DNA from: Candidatus Saccharimonadales bacterium | GTDB lineage: Bacteria > Patescibacteriota > Saccharimonadia > Saccharimonadales > DASZAF01 | Length of the DNA stretch: 64,000 bases | Assembly (NCBI GenBank): GCA_035945435.1 | Contig: DASZAF010000031.1 | Span: 17,913-81,912, forward strand | Reading direction: 5' to 3' | In this document: piece after piece, positions 9,761-19,351 of the stretch | How the letters are laid out: the number at the start of each line of letters is the position of its first letter | Position numbering within the stretch: the stretch's first letter is position 1 | Notes under the pieces: model-generated | Told to the model about the DNA's origin: nothing | Databases searched by the model: none | What the model saw: the letters and a program-made list of their open reading frames with translations, nothing else | Made by a program: the position numbers and the translations under genes

Positions 9761-10162
9761 ATGACCACCGTGGACTACTTCGAAAGGAAACTCGACGACA
9801 AACGTCGGCTGACCATTCCAGCCGAACTCAGAGGAGAGTTTGCCAAAGGAGTGGTGATTACGCGTGGATTTCGAAACGACTCCATCCACATCTATTCAAA
9901 AGAGGTGTGGGAGGAGCAAGTCGAACCTCAACTGAAGGGATCTATCCTCGATGAGCGGGTTGCGGATTTGAATGTACAGTTTCGAATGGGCAAGAGTGAG
10001 TCATCACTCGACGTAAAACAGGGGCGCATCGTCATCGAGCAGCACCTCTTGGATTACGCAGGCATCACCGGTGACGTAGTAGCAGTGAGAGGCGGCTCGT
10101 TCTGGATCATCATGTCCAAAACGAAAAGCCAAACGTTTCGCCCAAAGCACATTAACAAATAG
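9761..10162 (+). CDS. mraZ: Transcriptional regulator MraZ
   Basis: First gene of the dcw cluster. DDKRRLTIPAELR and a second SpoVT/AbrB-like half. TGGG-box array upstream. Confidence 0.85.
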   Translation: MTTVDYFERKLDDKRRLTIPAELRGEFAKGVVITRGFRNDSIHIYSKEVWEEQVEPQLKGSILDERVADLNVQFRMGKSESSLDVKQGRIVIEQHLLDYAGITGDVVAVRGGSFWIIMSKTKSQTFRPKHINK

Positions 10163-10458
10163 GGAATAATCGGCGACTCCGAGGTCAACTACCTGGCAGT
10201 CAGTGGACGGTCCGTGAACAGCCGTCAAAGTACGTGTTCAAGTACCTAAGATGTTTTTAAGAAAACACCTCCCAAAAAACTCCACCTCACACATAAGTCT
10301 CTCAAGTAATAACTTTTACAGTAATGGGTTATTAACAGAGAATCCGCAAGGATTCTCCTACCACAACAACTCCATTAGTATAGAGTTCCATTACAATACA
10401 AAAACAAAAACTATACACAAAAACAAAAAACACTGACGCCAGATAGGTGACCTCGAGT

Positions 10459-11370
10459 ATGAAAAATAACACACCACAGCAACTCCATCAGCCGGTCCTA
10501 CTTGAGCAGGTCATATCGCTTCTTGCCCCGAAGAAAGGTGAATCATACCTTGATTTGACGGCAGGTTACGGTGGGCATGCAGAGGCGGTCCTGGCCACTA
10601 CTGGAGAGCCTAAAGAGATTGTTCTTGTCGATCGTGACAATGATGCTATTGCCTCATTGTCTTCGTTCGCAAAACGTGGAGCGACTGTTATGCACTGCGA
10701 TTTTTTTAGTGCAGCTCAGAAACTCCATGAACAGGGTAGATCATTCGATATGATTCTCCTCGATCTCGGTGTGTCGTCACCACAGTTAGATAGAGCAGAG
10801 CGGGGCTTCAGCTTCAAGTATGCAGGTCCTCTGGATATGCGTATGGATGAGCGAGAGACCAAGACTGCTGCTGAACTGGTTAATCACGCCAGTGAAGCAG
10901 AGCTCGTGCAGATTCTCAGCCAGTTTGGTGAGGAACCAAGGGCACGAAGGGTCGTGAAAGCGATCATCGAAGCCAGGCCGATCCAAACGACAGATGAACT
11001 CGCCACAGTCATTGCTCAAACTATTCGTCGAGGGAAGAGTAAGATTCATCCAGCGACGCGCACCTTCCAAGCAATACGCATCGCCGTCAATCGAGAGCTC
11101 GAGCTACTTGAAGCGACACTCAAGCTGTTGCCAGAACTGCTGGCACCAGAGGGCAGAGTTGTTTTCATCAGCTTTCACAGCCTCGAAGATCGCTTAGTGA
11201 AACGGTTCCTACAAGATCATTCAGAGGGATACGAAGCCGACCTGAAGATCACGACCAAGAAACCGATTAGCGGTGCAACTGAAGACGTCCACAACCCGCG
11301 AGCCAGGAGTGCTAAACTCCGAGCCGCAGTGAAAATAAACATGAAAGGGGCACACATCTATGCGCATTAA
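10459..11370 (+). CDS. rsmH: 16S rRNA (cytosine1402-N4)-methyltransferase RsmH
   Basis: HQPVLLEQV...YLDLTAGYGGHAEAVL...LLDLGVSSPQLD...SFHSLEDRLVK. ATG at 10459 has an AGGTGA SD; the track start GTG 10447 lies inside that SD. Confidence 0.9.
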   Translation: MKNNTPQQLHQPVLLEQVISLLAPKKGESYLDLTAGYGGHAEAVLATTGEPKEIVLVDRDNDAIASLSSFAKRGATVMHCDFFSAAQKLHEQGRSFDMILLDLGVSSPQLDRAERGFSFKYAGPLDMRMDERETKTAAELVNHASEAELVQILSQFGEEPRARRVVKAIIEARPIQTTDELATVIAQTIRRGKSKIHPATRTFQAIRIAVNRELELLEATLKLLPELLAPEGRVVFISFHSLEDRLVKRFLQDHSEGYEADLKITTKKPISGATEDVHNPRARSAKLRAAVKINMKGAHIYAH

Positions 11371-11504
11371 AGTCGTAGATCGCTCCCCGGAAGTGACGCG
11401 AATCGTCGTTAAGAAACGCGACTAGCTGATCTTAAGGGTGGACAGCTCAACCACGGATGAGTCTGTCTACCCGAAAATAAAAACAAAAAGGTACTACATA
11501 ACAA

Positions 11505-11837
11505 ATGTCCTACGAAACAGCCGCAATCGAGTCACGTATGTGGCGACGCAACCAAAATACCGTTCGTCATCAGATCTCAGCAGCCTCTCTCGGGCCTGTT
11601 GCACAGATGGTGATCATCGCTATGCTTCTGGCCGTCCTTGGCATGATCTATCTCACTCAGATCACAAAGACGAGCACGTATGGCTATCAGTTACAGAGTC
11701 TTGAAACTCAAAAAAGCCAACTAACAGAGCAGAACCAGCTACTTCAAAGTGAAGCAGCACGTCTGCAATCGATGGGCCAAATCCAGAAGGGTAGCAGCAA
11801 TCTGGTTACTCCAAACCAGGTAAGTTACGCTCAATGA
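11505..11837 (+). CDS. ftsL: FtsL-like cell division protein (single TM + coiled coil)
   Basis: 110 aa. TM segment LGPVAQMVIIAMLLAVLGMIYL followed by a coiled coil. Sits between rsmH and ftsI. Confidence 0.6.
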   Translation: MSYETAAIESRMWRRNQNTVRHQISAASLGPVAQMVIIAMLLAVLGMIYLTQITKTSTYGYQLQSLETQKSQLTEQNQLLQSEAARLQSMGQIQKGSSNLVTPNQVSYAQ

Positions 11838-11866
11838 AGCTCAGTTAGGCTTCGGGTGGTCTGAGT

Positions 11867-13630
11867 ATGAAACCACAATCAGCCATCACAAATCGTATCA
11901 AAATTTTATTCATTCTGATGGCAGTTTTTGGTGTCATCTTCATCGTGCGCCTCTTCTATCTGCAGGTGTTCGAGTATAACTACTATCAGAATCAAGCTGC
12001 TGCTCAGCAGCTTAAAGAACTGACTATCCCCGCGACGCGCGGGCTTATTTATGCCGAAAACGGGGCAAACAGCATCACGCCCATGGTCCTGAATCAACCG
12101 GTCTACACTCTCTATGCAGACCCTAAGTTCGTCCAGAATCCTCCACAGACGGCCGCCGCCATCAACAAAGTTATCGGTGGTGATACAAGCACATACGCGA
12201 AGCTACTATCAGATACAAAGCTTGGCTATGTAGTCCTGGCTACCAAGCTTAATGTTGGCCAGTACAACGCCATCAACAAACTCCAGCTCTATGGGGTAGG
12301 TCTGCAGCAAGTTTCTGAACGAGTCTACCCGAATGGGGGTCTCGGCTCTCAGCTTCTAGGTTTTGTTGATGCCGATGGAAATGGTCAATACGGAGTAGAA
12401 GGCTATCTCAACAGTATGCTGGCAGGTACAAACGGTCTCTTCAAGGCGGTAACTGATGTACGAGGTATTCCGCTGACAACAAGTAAGGAAGACGTTCTAA
12501 AGCCCGCTAAGGATGGCTCTAACATCCTGCTTACCATTGACCGTAATATTCAGTGGGAGGCCGAACAGGCGCTTGCACAGGGCCTCAAAAACGCCAAAGC
12601 CACGTCAGGAGGACTCGTCGTTATGGACCCATCGACAGGACGTGTTCTCGCGATGGCAAACGTGCCGACCTATAATGTGGCAAACTATCAGAATGTCAGC
12701 AACTACTCGGTCTTCCAGAATGGGGTAGTCTCACATCTTTACGAGCCGGGTTCAGACGTCAAACTCTTGACCATGACTGCAGGTATCAACCAGGGGGTTG
12801 TTACCCCTGACACGACGTTCAATAATACGGGTTCGGTGTCGGTTGATGGCTATACAATTAGTAACGTCGAGACACATAACGGACCAACAACCATGCAGGT
12901 CGTCTTGAACCTGTCGCTGAATACGGGAGCCGTCTATGTTCTACAGCAGCTTGGCGGGGGTAATCTTGACCTGCAGGGTCGCAATACGCTCTACCAGTAC
13001 TTCACGCAGCGCTATGGCTTTGGGCAGAAGACCGGGATTGAACAGAGTGGGGAAGAGCAAGGCATCATCTTCTCACCGACTAACGTCCAGGGAAATGACA
13101 TCCGTTACGCTAACATGAGCTTTGGCCAGGGTATGGAGGCAACCATGCTTCAGGTCGCCTCTGCAGAGTCGGCTATCGTGAATGGTGGTACATACTACCA
13201 ACCTCAATTGCTCGCAGGAACGGTTAATAACGCGGGCCAAGTTGTAACGGCGACCAAACCGAAGGCATTACGAACAAATATCATCAGTAGCACAACAGCT
13301 TCAACGATGCGCCAGATGGCTTACACCGCGCTTCACTCAACGACGAACTTTACGTCTAACAACACTGCCGGTTTCTACACCGGTGGCAAGACGGGTACCT
13401 CGCAAACAATCGATCCGCACACAGGTCAGTACACCAACAATAATCCAATCGGAAGCTATCTTGGTTTCAGTGGTGGTAACGGTAGTAATGGGACCCCTAA
13501 GTATGTGATAATGGTACGTGTTGATGACAACAAACTTCCAGGTTACGCAGGCAGCGTAGCCGCCGAACCAATCTTTGCCACTATGTCGAACTGGTTACTT
13601 AACTACTACGGGCTGGCACCATCTAACTAG
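11867..13630 (+). CDS. ftsI: Penicillin-binding protein 2/3 class transpeptidase (FtsI)
   Basis: N-terminal anchor, PBP dimerisation region, transpeptidase motifs SDVK (SxxK) and KTGT. Confidence 0.9.
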   Translation: MKPQSAITNRIKILFILMAVFGVIFIVRLFYLQVFEYNYYQNQAAAQQLKELTIPATRGLIYAENGANSITPMVLNQPVYTLYADPKFVQNPPQTAAAINKVIGGDTSTYAKLLSDTKLGYVVLATKLNVGQYNAINKLQLYGVGLQQVSERVYPNGGLGSQLLGFVDADGNGQYGVEGYLNSMLAGTNGLFKAVTDVRGIPLTTSKEDVLKPAKDGSNILLTIDRNIQWEAEQALAQGLKNAKATSGGLVVMDPSTGRVLAMANVPTYNVANYQNVSNYSVFQNGVVSHLYEPGSDVKLLTMTAGINQGVVTPDTTFNNTGSVSVDGYTISNVETHNGPTTMQVVLNLSLNTGAVYVLQQLGGGNLDLQGRNTLYQYFTQRYGFGQKTGIEQSGEEQGIIFSPTNVQGNDIRYANMSFGQGMEATMLQVASAESAIVNGGTYYQPQLLAGTVNNAGQVVTATKPKALRTNIISSTTASTMRQMAYTALHSTTNFTSNNTAGFYTGGKTGTSQTIDPHTGQYTNNNPIGSYLGFSGGNGSNGTPKYVIMVRVDDNKLPGYAGSVAAEPIFATMSNWLLNYYGLAPSN

Positions 13631-13648
13631 GGGGCGCAGGAAGGAACT

Positions 13649-14683
13649 ATGGGCGCACTACTCACCACACAGCAGTTCAGCGGAGACGTTACTTCGGGCT
13701 TAGCACTGGCGTTTCTCGGGTTCGCATTTGCCATGCTCCTAACGCCTATCTATACGCACATTGCCTATAACTGGAGGCTTTGGAAGAAGCAACGTGAGTC
13801 AGCAACTACCGGTGAAAAAGCGAAGGTCTTCCAGAAACTCCACGGCGAGAAGCATATTCCGACCATGGCCGGAATTGTCACAATCATTGCCGTTGCAGCT
13901 GCTACCTTCCTGTTCAACTTGAGCAGAAGCCAGACATGGTTACCACTTGCGGCTATGTTCGGGGCGGGTATGGTCGGTTTTGTCGACGACATCATCAACC
14001 TAAGAGGAGTTGGTCAGGGTATTGCGGGCTTAAATGCCAAACTGAAGCTGCTTCTCATCACTCTGGTGGCGGCTGCTGGTGGCTGGTACTTCTACTTCAA
14101 GCTGGGCTATAACATGATCTACCTGCCGTTCTTTGGAGAATGGCACCTTGGCGTATGGCTCATACCGCTCTTTATCATCGTCATTATCTCGACATCTAAC
14201 GCAGTTAACATCAGTGACGGGCTTGATGGGCTGGCTGGTGGTCTGTTGACGATTGCCTTCGGCGTTTACGCCGTTATCGCGTTTATGCAACACAATCTTG
14301 GTATTGCAGGCTTCTGTGCTACGCTCGTCGGGGCATTACTGGCGTATCTCTGGTTCAATATCTACCCAGCTCGCTTCATGATGGGCGATGTAGGCTCGTT
14401 TGCTCTCGGTACGGCGCTTGGAGTGGTGGCTATGCTTACCAATACTGTAGCCTTGTTGCCGATCATAGGTATAATCTTCGTGGCTGAAGCCGGATCGAGC
14501 CTTATCCAGATTGTTTCTAAGAAGGCCTTTCATCGAAAAGTCTTTATCTCTGCACCAGTTCATCATCATCTTGAAGCTATGGGCTGGCCCGAGACCAAGG
14601 TAACAATGCGTTTCTGGGTTCTTGGTCAGGTTGCCGCTGTCGTCGGCCTCATAATCGCTCTCACGGGAGGTTACGTTAAGTAA
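13649..14683 (+). CDS. mraY: Phospho-N-acetylmuramoyl-pentapeptide transferase MraY
   Basis: NAVNISDGLDGLAGG and HHHLE motifs; polytopic membrane protein. Confidence 0.95.
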   Translation: MGALLTTQQFSGDVTSGLALAFLGFAFAMLLTPIYTHIAYNWRLWKKQRESATTGEKAKVFQKLHGEKHIPTMAGIVTIIAVAAATFLFNLSRSQTWLPLAAMFGAGMVGFVDDIINLRGVGQGIAGLNAKLKLLLITLVAAAGGWYFYFKLGYNMIYLPFFGEWHLGVWLIPLFIIVIISTSNAVNISDGLDGLAGGLLTIAFGVYAVIAFMQHNLGIAGFCATLVGALLAYLWFNIYPARFMMGDVGSFALGTALGVVAMLTNTVALLPIIGIIFVAEAGSSLIQIVSKKAFHRKVFISAPVHHHLEAMGWPETKVTMRFWVLGQVAAVVGLIIALTGGYVK

Positions 14684-16017
14684 TGGCTTTTCGGTCCAAA
14701 AAGCGTACGCCGACCCCGAATCTTCAGTTCACCAGTACACGCAAATCACAGAGAACTCCTCAATCGGTAGGGGAGGGGACAGTGTATCTGCGTCGACATA
14801 GGCCAGATTACATTATTACGTTGCTGATGATTGTTCTCGTGCTTCTGGGTATTGTAGTTATTTATTCGGTGAGCCCGGCCTTGGCCGAGGGTCTTAGCAG
14901 TATTGCCGGAGGGAAGTCAACCGGCATTAATATTAACCAAGTCGTCTATCGCCAGTTCGGTTATGTCGGCTTGGGTATTGTTGCATTCTTGATTACGGCA
15001 TTCATTCCCCTGGAGTTCTGGAGCAGGATTAAGAACTGGCTTATCGGCGGTTCTCTTATAGCTTGTCTGCTCCTTGAGGTTCTACCAAAGGGTCTGACTC
15101 TGAGTGTCAACGGAGCAACGAGATGGCTAAACCTAGGGTTTGTCTCGTTCCAGCCCTCTGAACTACTCAAGTTCTCTCTGGTCATCTTCCTGGCAAGTTT
15201 TCTGGCATCACGTATTAAAACCAACAAGGTTAACGATAGTCGTGATACATTTTGGCCGCTAGTGCTGCTATTTGGCGTTGTAGCACTTATCGTTGCTATC
15301 TTCCAGGATGATCTCGGGACGATGTTCCCGATCATGGCTATCTTCCTCCTGATGTATTTCATAGCAGGCGTGAATCGAGCCAATTTGATCAAAATCTTTG
15401 TCGGGCTAGGCATAAGTAGTGTTGCCCTGATTGCTCTCTTTCCCCATCGAGTTGCTCGCATTCTTACCTTTCTGCACTCAAACACTAATGTCGCCGGGAG
15501 CGGATATCAGATTCATCAGGCACTCATTGCTGTCGGGAGTGGGGGATTGACGGGCACTGGTTTAGGGCAAGGTGTGCAGGCATTCGGCTATCTGCCAGAG
15601 GCATCAAACGACTCGATTTTTGCCATAGTCGCTGAGAAATTCGGTTTCATCGGCACGGTTATCGTGTTAATCCTGTTCGCTATCCTGTTTGTACGCATCA
15701 TTCAAGTTATGGAGCGAAGCTCCAATGAGTACATGAAGCTTGTTGTGGCCGGTGTCTTCGCGTGGGTCTTTACTCACACAGTCGTAAATATAGGTGCTAT
15801 GTTGAGCGTTCTACCACTTACAGGGGTAACATTGCCATTTATTAGCTATGGTGGCACAAGCCTGCTCTTTATCATGGCAGCAGTCGGACTCGTTATTAAC
15901 GCATCGCGCTATACTGATCATCAAGCAGCTGTAACAAAAGAGGAGACGGGCAGTGAAGATTCTGGTCTGCGGCGGAGGTTCAGGGGGGCACATAACCCCA
16001 GTCCTAGCGGTTCTTGA
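14683..16017 (+). CDS. ftsW: SEDS-family peptidoglycan glycosyltransferase FtsW
   Basis: Polytopic protein with LPEASNDSIFA and PFISYGGTS motifs. TAATG overlap with mraY. The C-terminal tail overlaps the murG start by 65 nt. Confidence 0.9.
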   Translation: MAFRSKKRTPTPNLQFTSTRKSQRTPQSVGEGTVYLRRHRPDYIITLLMIVLVLLGIVVIYSVSPALAEGLSSIAGGKSTGININQVVYRQFGYVGLGIVAFLITAFIPLEFWSRIKNWLIGGSLIACLLLEVLPKGLTLSVNGATRWLNLGFVSFQPSELLKFSLVIFLASFLASRIKTNKVNDSRDTFWPLVLLFGVVALIVAIFQDDLGTMFPIMAIFLLMYFIAGVNRANLIKIFVGLGISSVALIALFPHRVARILTFLHSNTNVAGSGYQIHQALIAVGSGGLTGTGLGQGVQAFGYLPEASNDSIFAIVAEKFGFIGTVIVLILFAILFVRIIQVMERSSNEYMKLVVAGVFAWVFTHTVVNIGAMLSVLPLTGVTLPFISYGGTSLLFIMAAVGLVINASRYTDHQAAVTKEETGSEDSGLRRRFRGAHNPSPSGS

Positions 16018-17125
16018 GGAGCTCTATAAGAAAGATCCACGGCTTGAGGTCTGTTTTGTATGCGACAAGAAATTTGCCCCTCAAGCTAAGACGATTCTTG
16101 AGCAGAGTAAGGTCCCGATTACTTTCAAGACCATAAATGCCGGTAAGCTGCGTCGCTATCACGGTGTATCTTTCGCTAAACAGATTGTAGATGTTCCGAC
16201 AGTTGCCAAAAATGTCAGAGATGTTTTCTTGGTTGGTGCCGGCTATACACAGAGCTTAGCTCTTCTTAGGAAGTTCCGTCCCGACGTCGTCTTTACAAAG
16301 GGCGGGTTCGTCTGTCTGCCCATGGGCCTAGCCGCCTCACAGCTGCGGATACCCTTGGTTATCCATGATTCCGACACCTTACCTGGTTTGACGAACCGGA
16401 TTCTAGCTCCACGCGCTAAGTACATTGCAACGGGTGCACCACTCGAGAACTACAACTATGACAAAACCAAAACAAGCTATGTAGGAATCCCTATAAGCTC
16501 GCTTTTTTATACCAACACGGCGAATCAACGTGCAGAGCTTAAAAAAGAAGTCACGGTCGATCCGACGCGCACTCTCATCTTCGTAACGGGTGGTGGGCTT
16601 GGTGCTCAACGGATAAACGATGCGGTAGTCAAATCAGCTAAAAAACTTATTAAAGAGCACTGCGAGATTATCCATATCTCCGGAGTAGTAAACGAGAAGG
16701 ACGTTAGAAAGAAGCTCGAGTCTACCTTGAGCGTAGATGATCTGAGATACTACCATCTGGAACCGTTTGCCAGTAATACCGATATGGCAAGGTACCTAAA
16801 AGCAGCGGATCTGGTCGTTAGTCGTAGTGGAGCAACCGCACTTACAGAGATCGCTGCACTTGGTAAACCTACCATACTCATTCCCAATCCACAGCTTGCA
16901 GGGGGCCACCAGCTTAAGAATACGCAGATTTACAGTGACGCAGGTGCGGCGGTAGTGGTGGATGAGACAGAATTAGAACATAGACCCGACATACTCACAT
17001 CCGAACTGCTTAAACTTGCGCGCAACTCACAAGCACGACGTAAATTAGGTGACACGATGCACAAATTTGCCATGCCGGATGCAGCTGCGGATGTAGCGGC
17101 ATTGCTTGTAAAAGCTGCCGGGTAG
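15953..17125 (+). CDS. murG: UDP-N-acetylglucosamine--LPS-type lipid I transferase MurG
   Basis: MKILVCGGGSGGHITP N-terminus. GTG start with an AGGAG SD 8 nt upstream. Confidence 0.9.
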   Translation: MKILVCGGGSGGHITPVLAVLEELYKKDPRLEVCFVCDKKFAPQAKTILEQSKVPITFKTINAGKLRRYHGVSFAKQIVDVPTVAKNVRDVFLVGAGYTQSLALLRKFRPDVVFTKGGFVCLPMGLAASQLRIPLVIHDSDTLPGLTNRILAPRAKYIATGAPLENYNYDKTKTSYVGIPISSLFYTNTANQRAELKKEVTVDPTRTLIFVTGGGLGAQRINDAVVKSAKKLIKEHCEIIHISGVVNEKDVRKKLESTLSVDDLRYYHLEPFASNTDMARYLKAADLVVSRSGATALTEIAALGKPTILIPNPQLAGGHQLKNTQIYSDAGAAVVVDETELEHRPDILTSELLKLARNSQARRKLGDTMHKFAMPDAAADVAALLVKAAG

Positions 17126-17150
17126 AAGCTACTATTAGTACAGAGTAAAT

Positions 17151-18122
17151 GTGGTTATGCCAAAACTAAAAGTTCCATTCTTAAAACCGAAAAATCCCGA
17201 GATTCGTCCTCGACGCACAAGTCAAGGTGGTGTAGATAGTGGGGGAGAGGTCTTTCGTCGAAGCAGTACTCTAACGGGTACTGTCTCAGAAAATATACCT
17301 GCGGGCGCGCATGATCGTGCCCAGTTGCAGACACCCCGGATCGAAGCGCAGCAGAAGAGTCGAAAGCGCCGTAAGACGGCTAAGAGCGCCTTTTGGATTA
17401 TCGTTCTGATCGTAGCTGCAATCGCAGTCTTTCTCGATAGAGTTACAGGGTACCAGGTTGTCATTCAGAATGCTTCACAGCTAAAGACAATTCCAAACAT
17501 TGCGACTTATGAACAGAGTGCAGCGAGTGCGAATAATCTTGATCTTGCTGAGCATTTCAGCGCCACCCTAAATCCTTCGCTAATAGCCAGTACTCTTGAG
17601 TCGCAGCACCATGAGATAGCGAATGTTGTCGTCAAGAAGAGTCTCTTTGACCCGCATCCACAGGTTTTCGTTACTCTTCGCCAACCAGTCCTGATTTGGA
17701 AGACGAGTCATGACCCACAAGCTTACTATGTCGACTCCTCCGGTGTTACGTTCACATATAACGCCTATGGGAACGATAGTAAGCTTGTACAAGTCAATGA
17801 TGAGAGCAATGTCCCAACGACGGTTGGATCGACTGTCACATCGAGCCAGCAGATTGCTTTTCTCGGTGAGCTAGTGGGAAGTCTCCAGTCGCTATCAAGT
17901 GGCTCTGTCCAGCTAAGTAGGGTAGTCTTCCCGCAGACCTCAACCAGAGAGATAGATGTCTATCTCGTGGGGCGCAGCTTCTACGCTAAGGTTGATCTGG
18001 ATAGTTCGCCCGTCCAACAAGCGGGGGAGATAGTCCAGGCAGTCGACTACCTGCAGACCCACAACTCCCTGCCCTCGCAGTACATCGATGTCCGAGTCGA
18101 TGGACGGGTTTTCTATCAGTAG
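17151..18122 (+). CDS. ftsQ: FtsQ/DivIB-like cell division protein
   Basis: Basic cytoplasmic N-terminus, one TM (FWIIVLIVAAIAVFL), a POTRA-like region, and position after murG. The start could be ATG 17157. Confidence 0.65.
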   Translation: MVMPKLKVPFLKPKNPEIRPRRTSQGGVDSGGEVFRRSSTLTGTVSENIPAGAHDRAQLQTPRIEAQQKSRKRRKTAKSAFWIIVLIVAAIAVFLDRVTGYQVVIQNASQLKTIPNIATYEQSAASANNLDLAEHFSATLNPSLIASTLESQHHEIANVVVKKSLFDPHPQVFVTLRQPVLIWKTSHDPQAYYVDSSGVTFTYNAYGNDSKLVQVNDESNVPTTVGSTVTSSQQIAFLGELVGSLQSLSSGSVQLSRVVFPQTSTREIDVYLVGRSFYAKVDLDSSPVQQAGEIVQAVDYLQTHNSLPSQYIDVRVDGRVFYQ

Positions 18123-18130
18123 ATCCCGAA

Positions 18131-18823
18131 TTAAGCTGCTTTTCTCGTGTGCGGGAACTGAGCTGCAGCCCGGGCTTCTACCTGGGGCAAGCTGCCTTGG
18201 AAGCCGACTCTACCGACTACCATTGGAGCGTCCCACTGTGTCGGGCCGGTCTTATAGCGGCTTGCTCTGACCTGAAATGCTTTCAGCTCACCGCTGTAGC
18301 GCGTATCGATACGCGCTACCTGGCTGGCTGCAACTGTTGCGAGATAGCCGCCGGCGAAGAAGCCGTATCGCTCGTTTTTACCTGAACCAATAATCAGTGG
18401 ATCCTGTACTTCTGCTGAGGCGGTTAGTTTGCCATCCGGGTTTTCGCCAGGTGTCTGGCTTGGCGTGAGTGGTGAGTACGGGTGAGTAGCGAACGGTGAG
18501 TCAACTAGTTGATATCTGGTGCCTCGAGCAAGCACAATCACCCCGTCTAGCGCAGCTTGAGTCGTAACATCTAGCGGAGCTTCGCCGCTAGCCTGTTCCA
18601 TCTTATGAGCCTGAGCTCCTGCCTGTTTAAAGACTTGTGTGTCGCCGATCGCTTTAACAACTGAGGGACCTACGCCAATTAGAACTGCAATGGCAAAGAG
18701 CCCAAGTCCACCAACACGTCTCCGACGGCGACGTACCTCTGGACTTGGTCCAGTGACAGGAGGAAGAGAGGTGGTACGGAGCCCTCTGGCTCTTTGTTTT
18801 CGCTGAGGTTCGCTTTCAGACAT
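18131..18823 (-). CDS. Hypothetical N-terminally anchored exported protein (230 aa)
   Basis: Arg-rich N-terminus, then TM GGLGLFAIAVLIGVG. No family recognised. Convergent with ftsQ across an 8-nt gap. Confidence 0.65.
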   Translation of the reverse strand: MSESEPQRKQRARGLRTTSLPPVTGPSPEVRRRRRRVGGLGLFAIAVLIGVGPSVVKAIGDTQVFKQAGAQAHKMEQASGEAPLDVTTQAALDGVIVLARGTRYQLVDSPFATHPYSPLTPSQTPGENPDGKLTASAEVQDPLIIGSGKNERYGFFAGGYLATVAASQVARIDTRYSGELKAFQVRASRYKTGPTQWDAPMVVGRVGFQGSLPQVEARAAAQFPHTRKAA

Positions 18824-18832
18824 ATTATGCCT

Positions 18833-18841
18833 ATATTAACA
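18833..18841 (-). promoter_or_regulatory. Extended -10 element (TGtTAATAT) 9 nt upstream of ATG 18823
   Basis: Read on the minus strand. No SD between the box and the ATG, which implies a near-leaderless mRNA. Confidence 0.4.
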
Positions 18842-19028
18842 TAAAACGATCTGTAATTCAAGATCCTACCCCTGTTGGAAGTGCTTTAAATCGATGGTCT
18901 CGTATCTTAGAACAGGGGATGCCACAGAGGGTAGAGCAATGCAATGCCCTATAACCGTGGGCAGGCTGCCAGCGTTGAGTTAACGTCTAGTTGCCATCTG
19001 TCCACAGGAGGAGGCTACCCTCACCTAC

Positions 19029-19047
19029 AGTTCTAAATATGTTCTTT
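19029..19047. repeat. 19-nt direct repeat, left copy (AGTTCTAAATATGTTCTTT)
   Basis: 18 of 19 identical to 19604-19622. Confidence 0.7.
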
Positions 19048-19101
19048 AAAACTAGCACAAACTATTTCGAGTAAAAAAATATATGAAAATAGGAAAGTCG
19101 T

Positions 19102-19180
19102 GAAAAGTCAAATATACATATTGCGCAAGGGTAGGGGGGAGAAGTCAAATTACCATAATCATACTGTGGAAAAGTCAAAT
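19102..19180. repeat. Three direct copies of a 12-mer, GA(A/G)AAGTCAAAT
   Basis: Copies at 19102-19113, 19139-19150 (1 mismatch) and 19169-19180. Start-to-start spacing is 37 and 30 bp. The reverse complement contains TTGACT. Confidence 0.7.
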
Positions 19181-19351
19181 GGATAGTCCTGAAATACAAC
19201 GGTGCATATATAGTAAGTAAAGATATAGAAGCCCTCGGTACAGCAGAATGATATAAGTACTGTGTAAGGTAGCGTATTAGATGAGTACTGGCTAATTTGG
19301 CAGTAGTTTCCCCCTACTCCGGGTGAGTAGGACGATATATCAACCATCTGC

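Noticed and set aside
10251-10436. 61-aa ORF between mraZ and rsmH
   Set aside because: The translation is low-complexity and Asn/Lys/Ser-rich, from a CA/A-rich spacer, with no SD. I treated it as noncoding spacer.
19091-19100. GGAAAGTCG resembling the RNase P RNA CR-I motif GGAAAGUCC
   Set aside because: No flanking GAG...GGGC context and no ACAGAACCCGGCUUA-like 3' motif. It is more simply a partial copy of the local 12-mer repeat.
19159-19347. 62-aa minus-strand ORF in the long noncoding region
   Set aside because: Cys/Tyr/Ser/Phe-rich improbable composition, no SD or promoter geometry, and it overlaps the repeat and hairpin structures.
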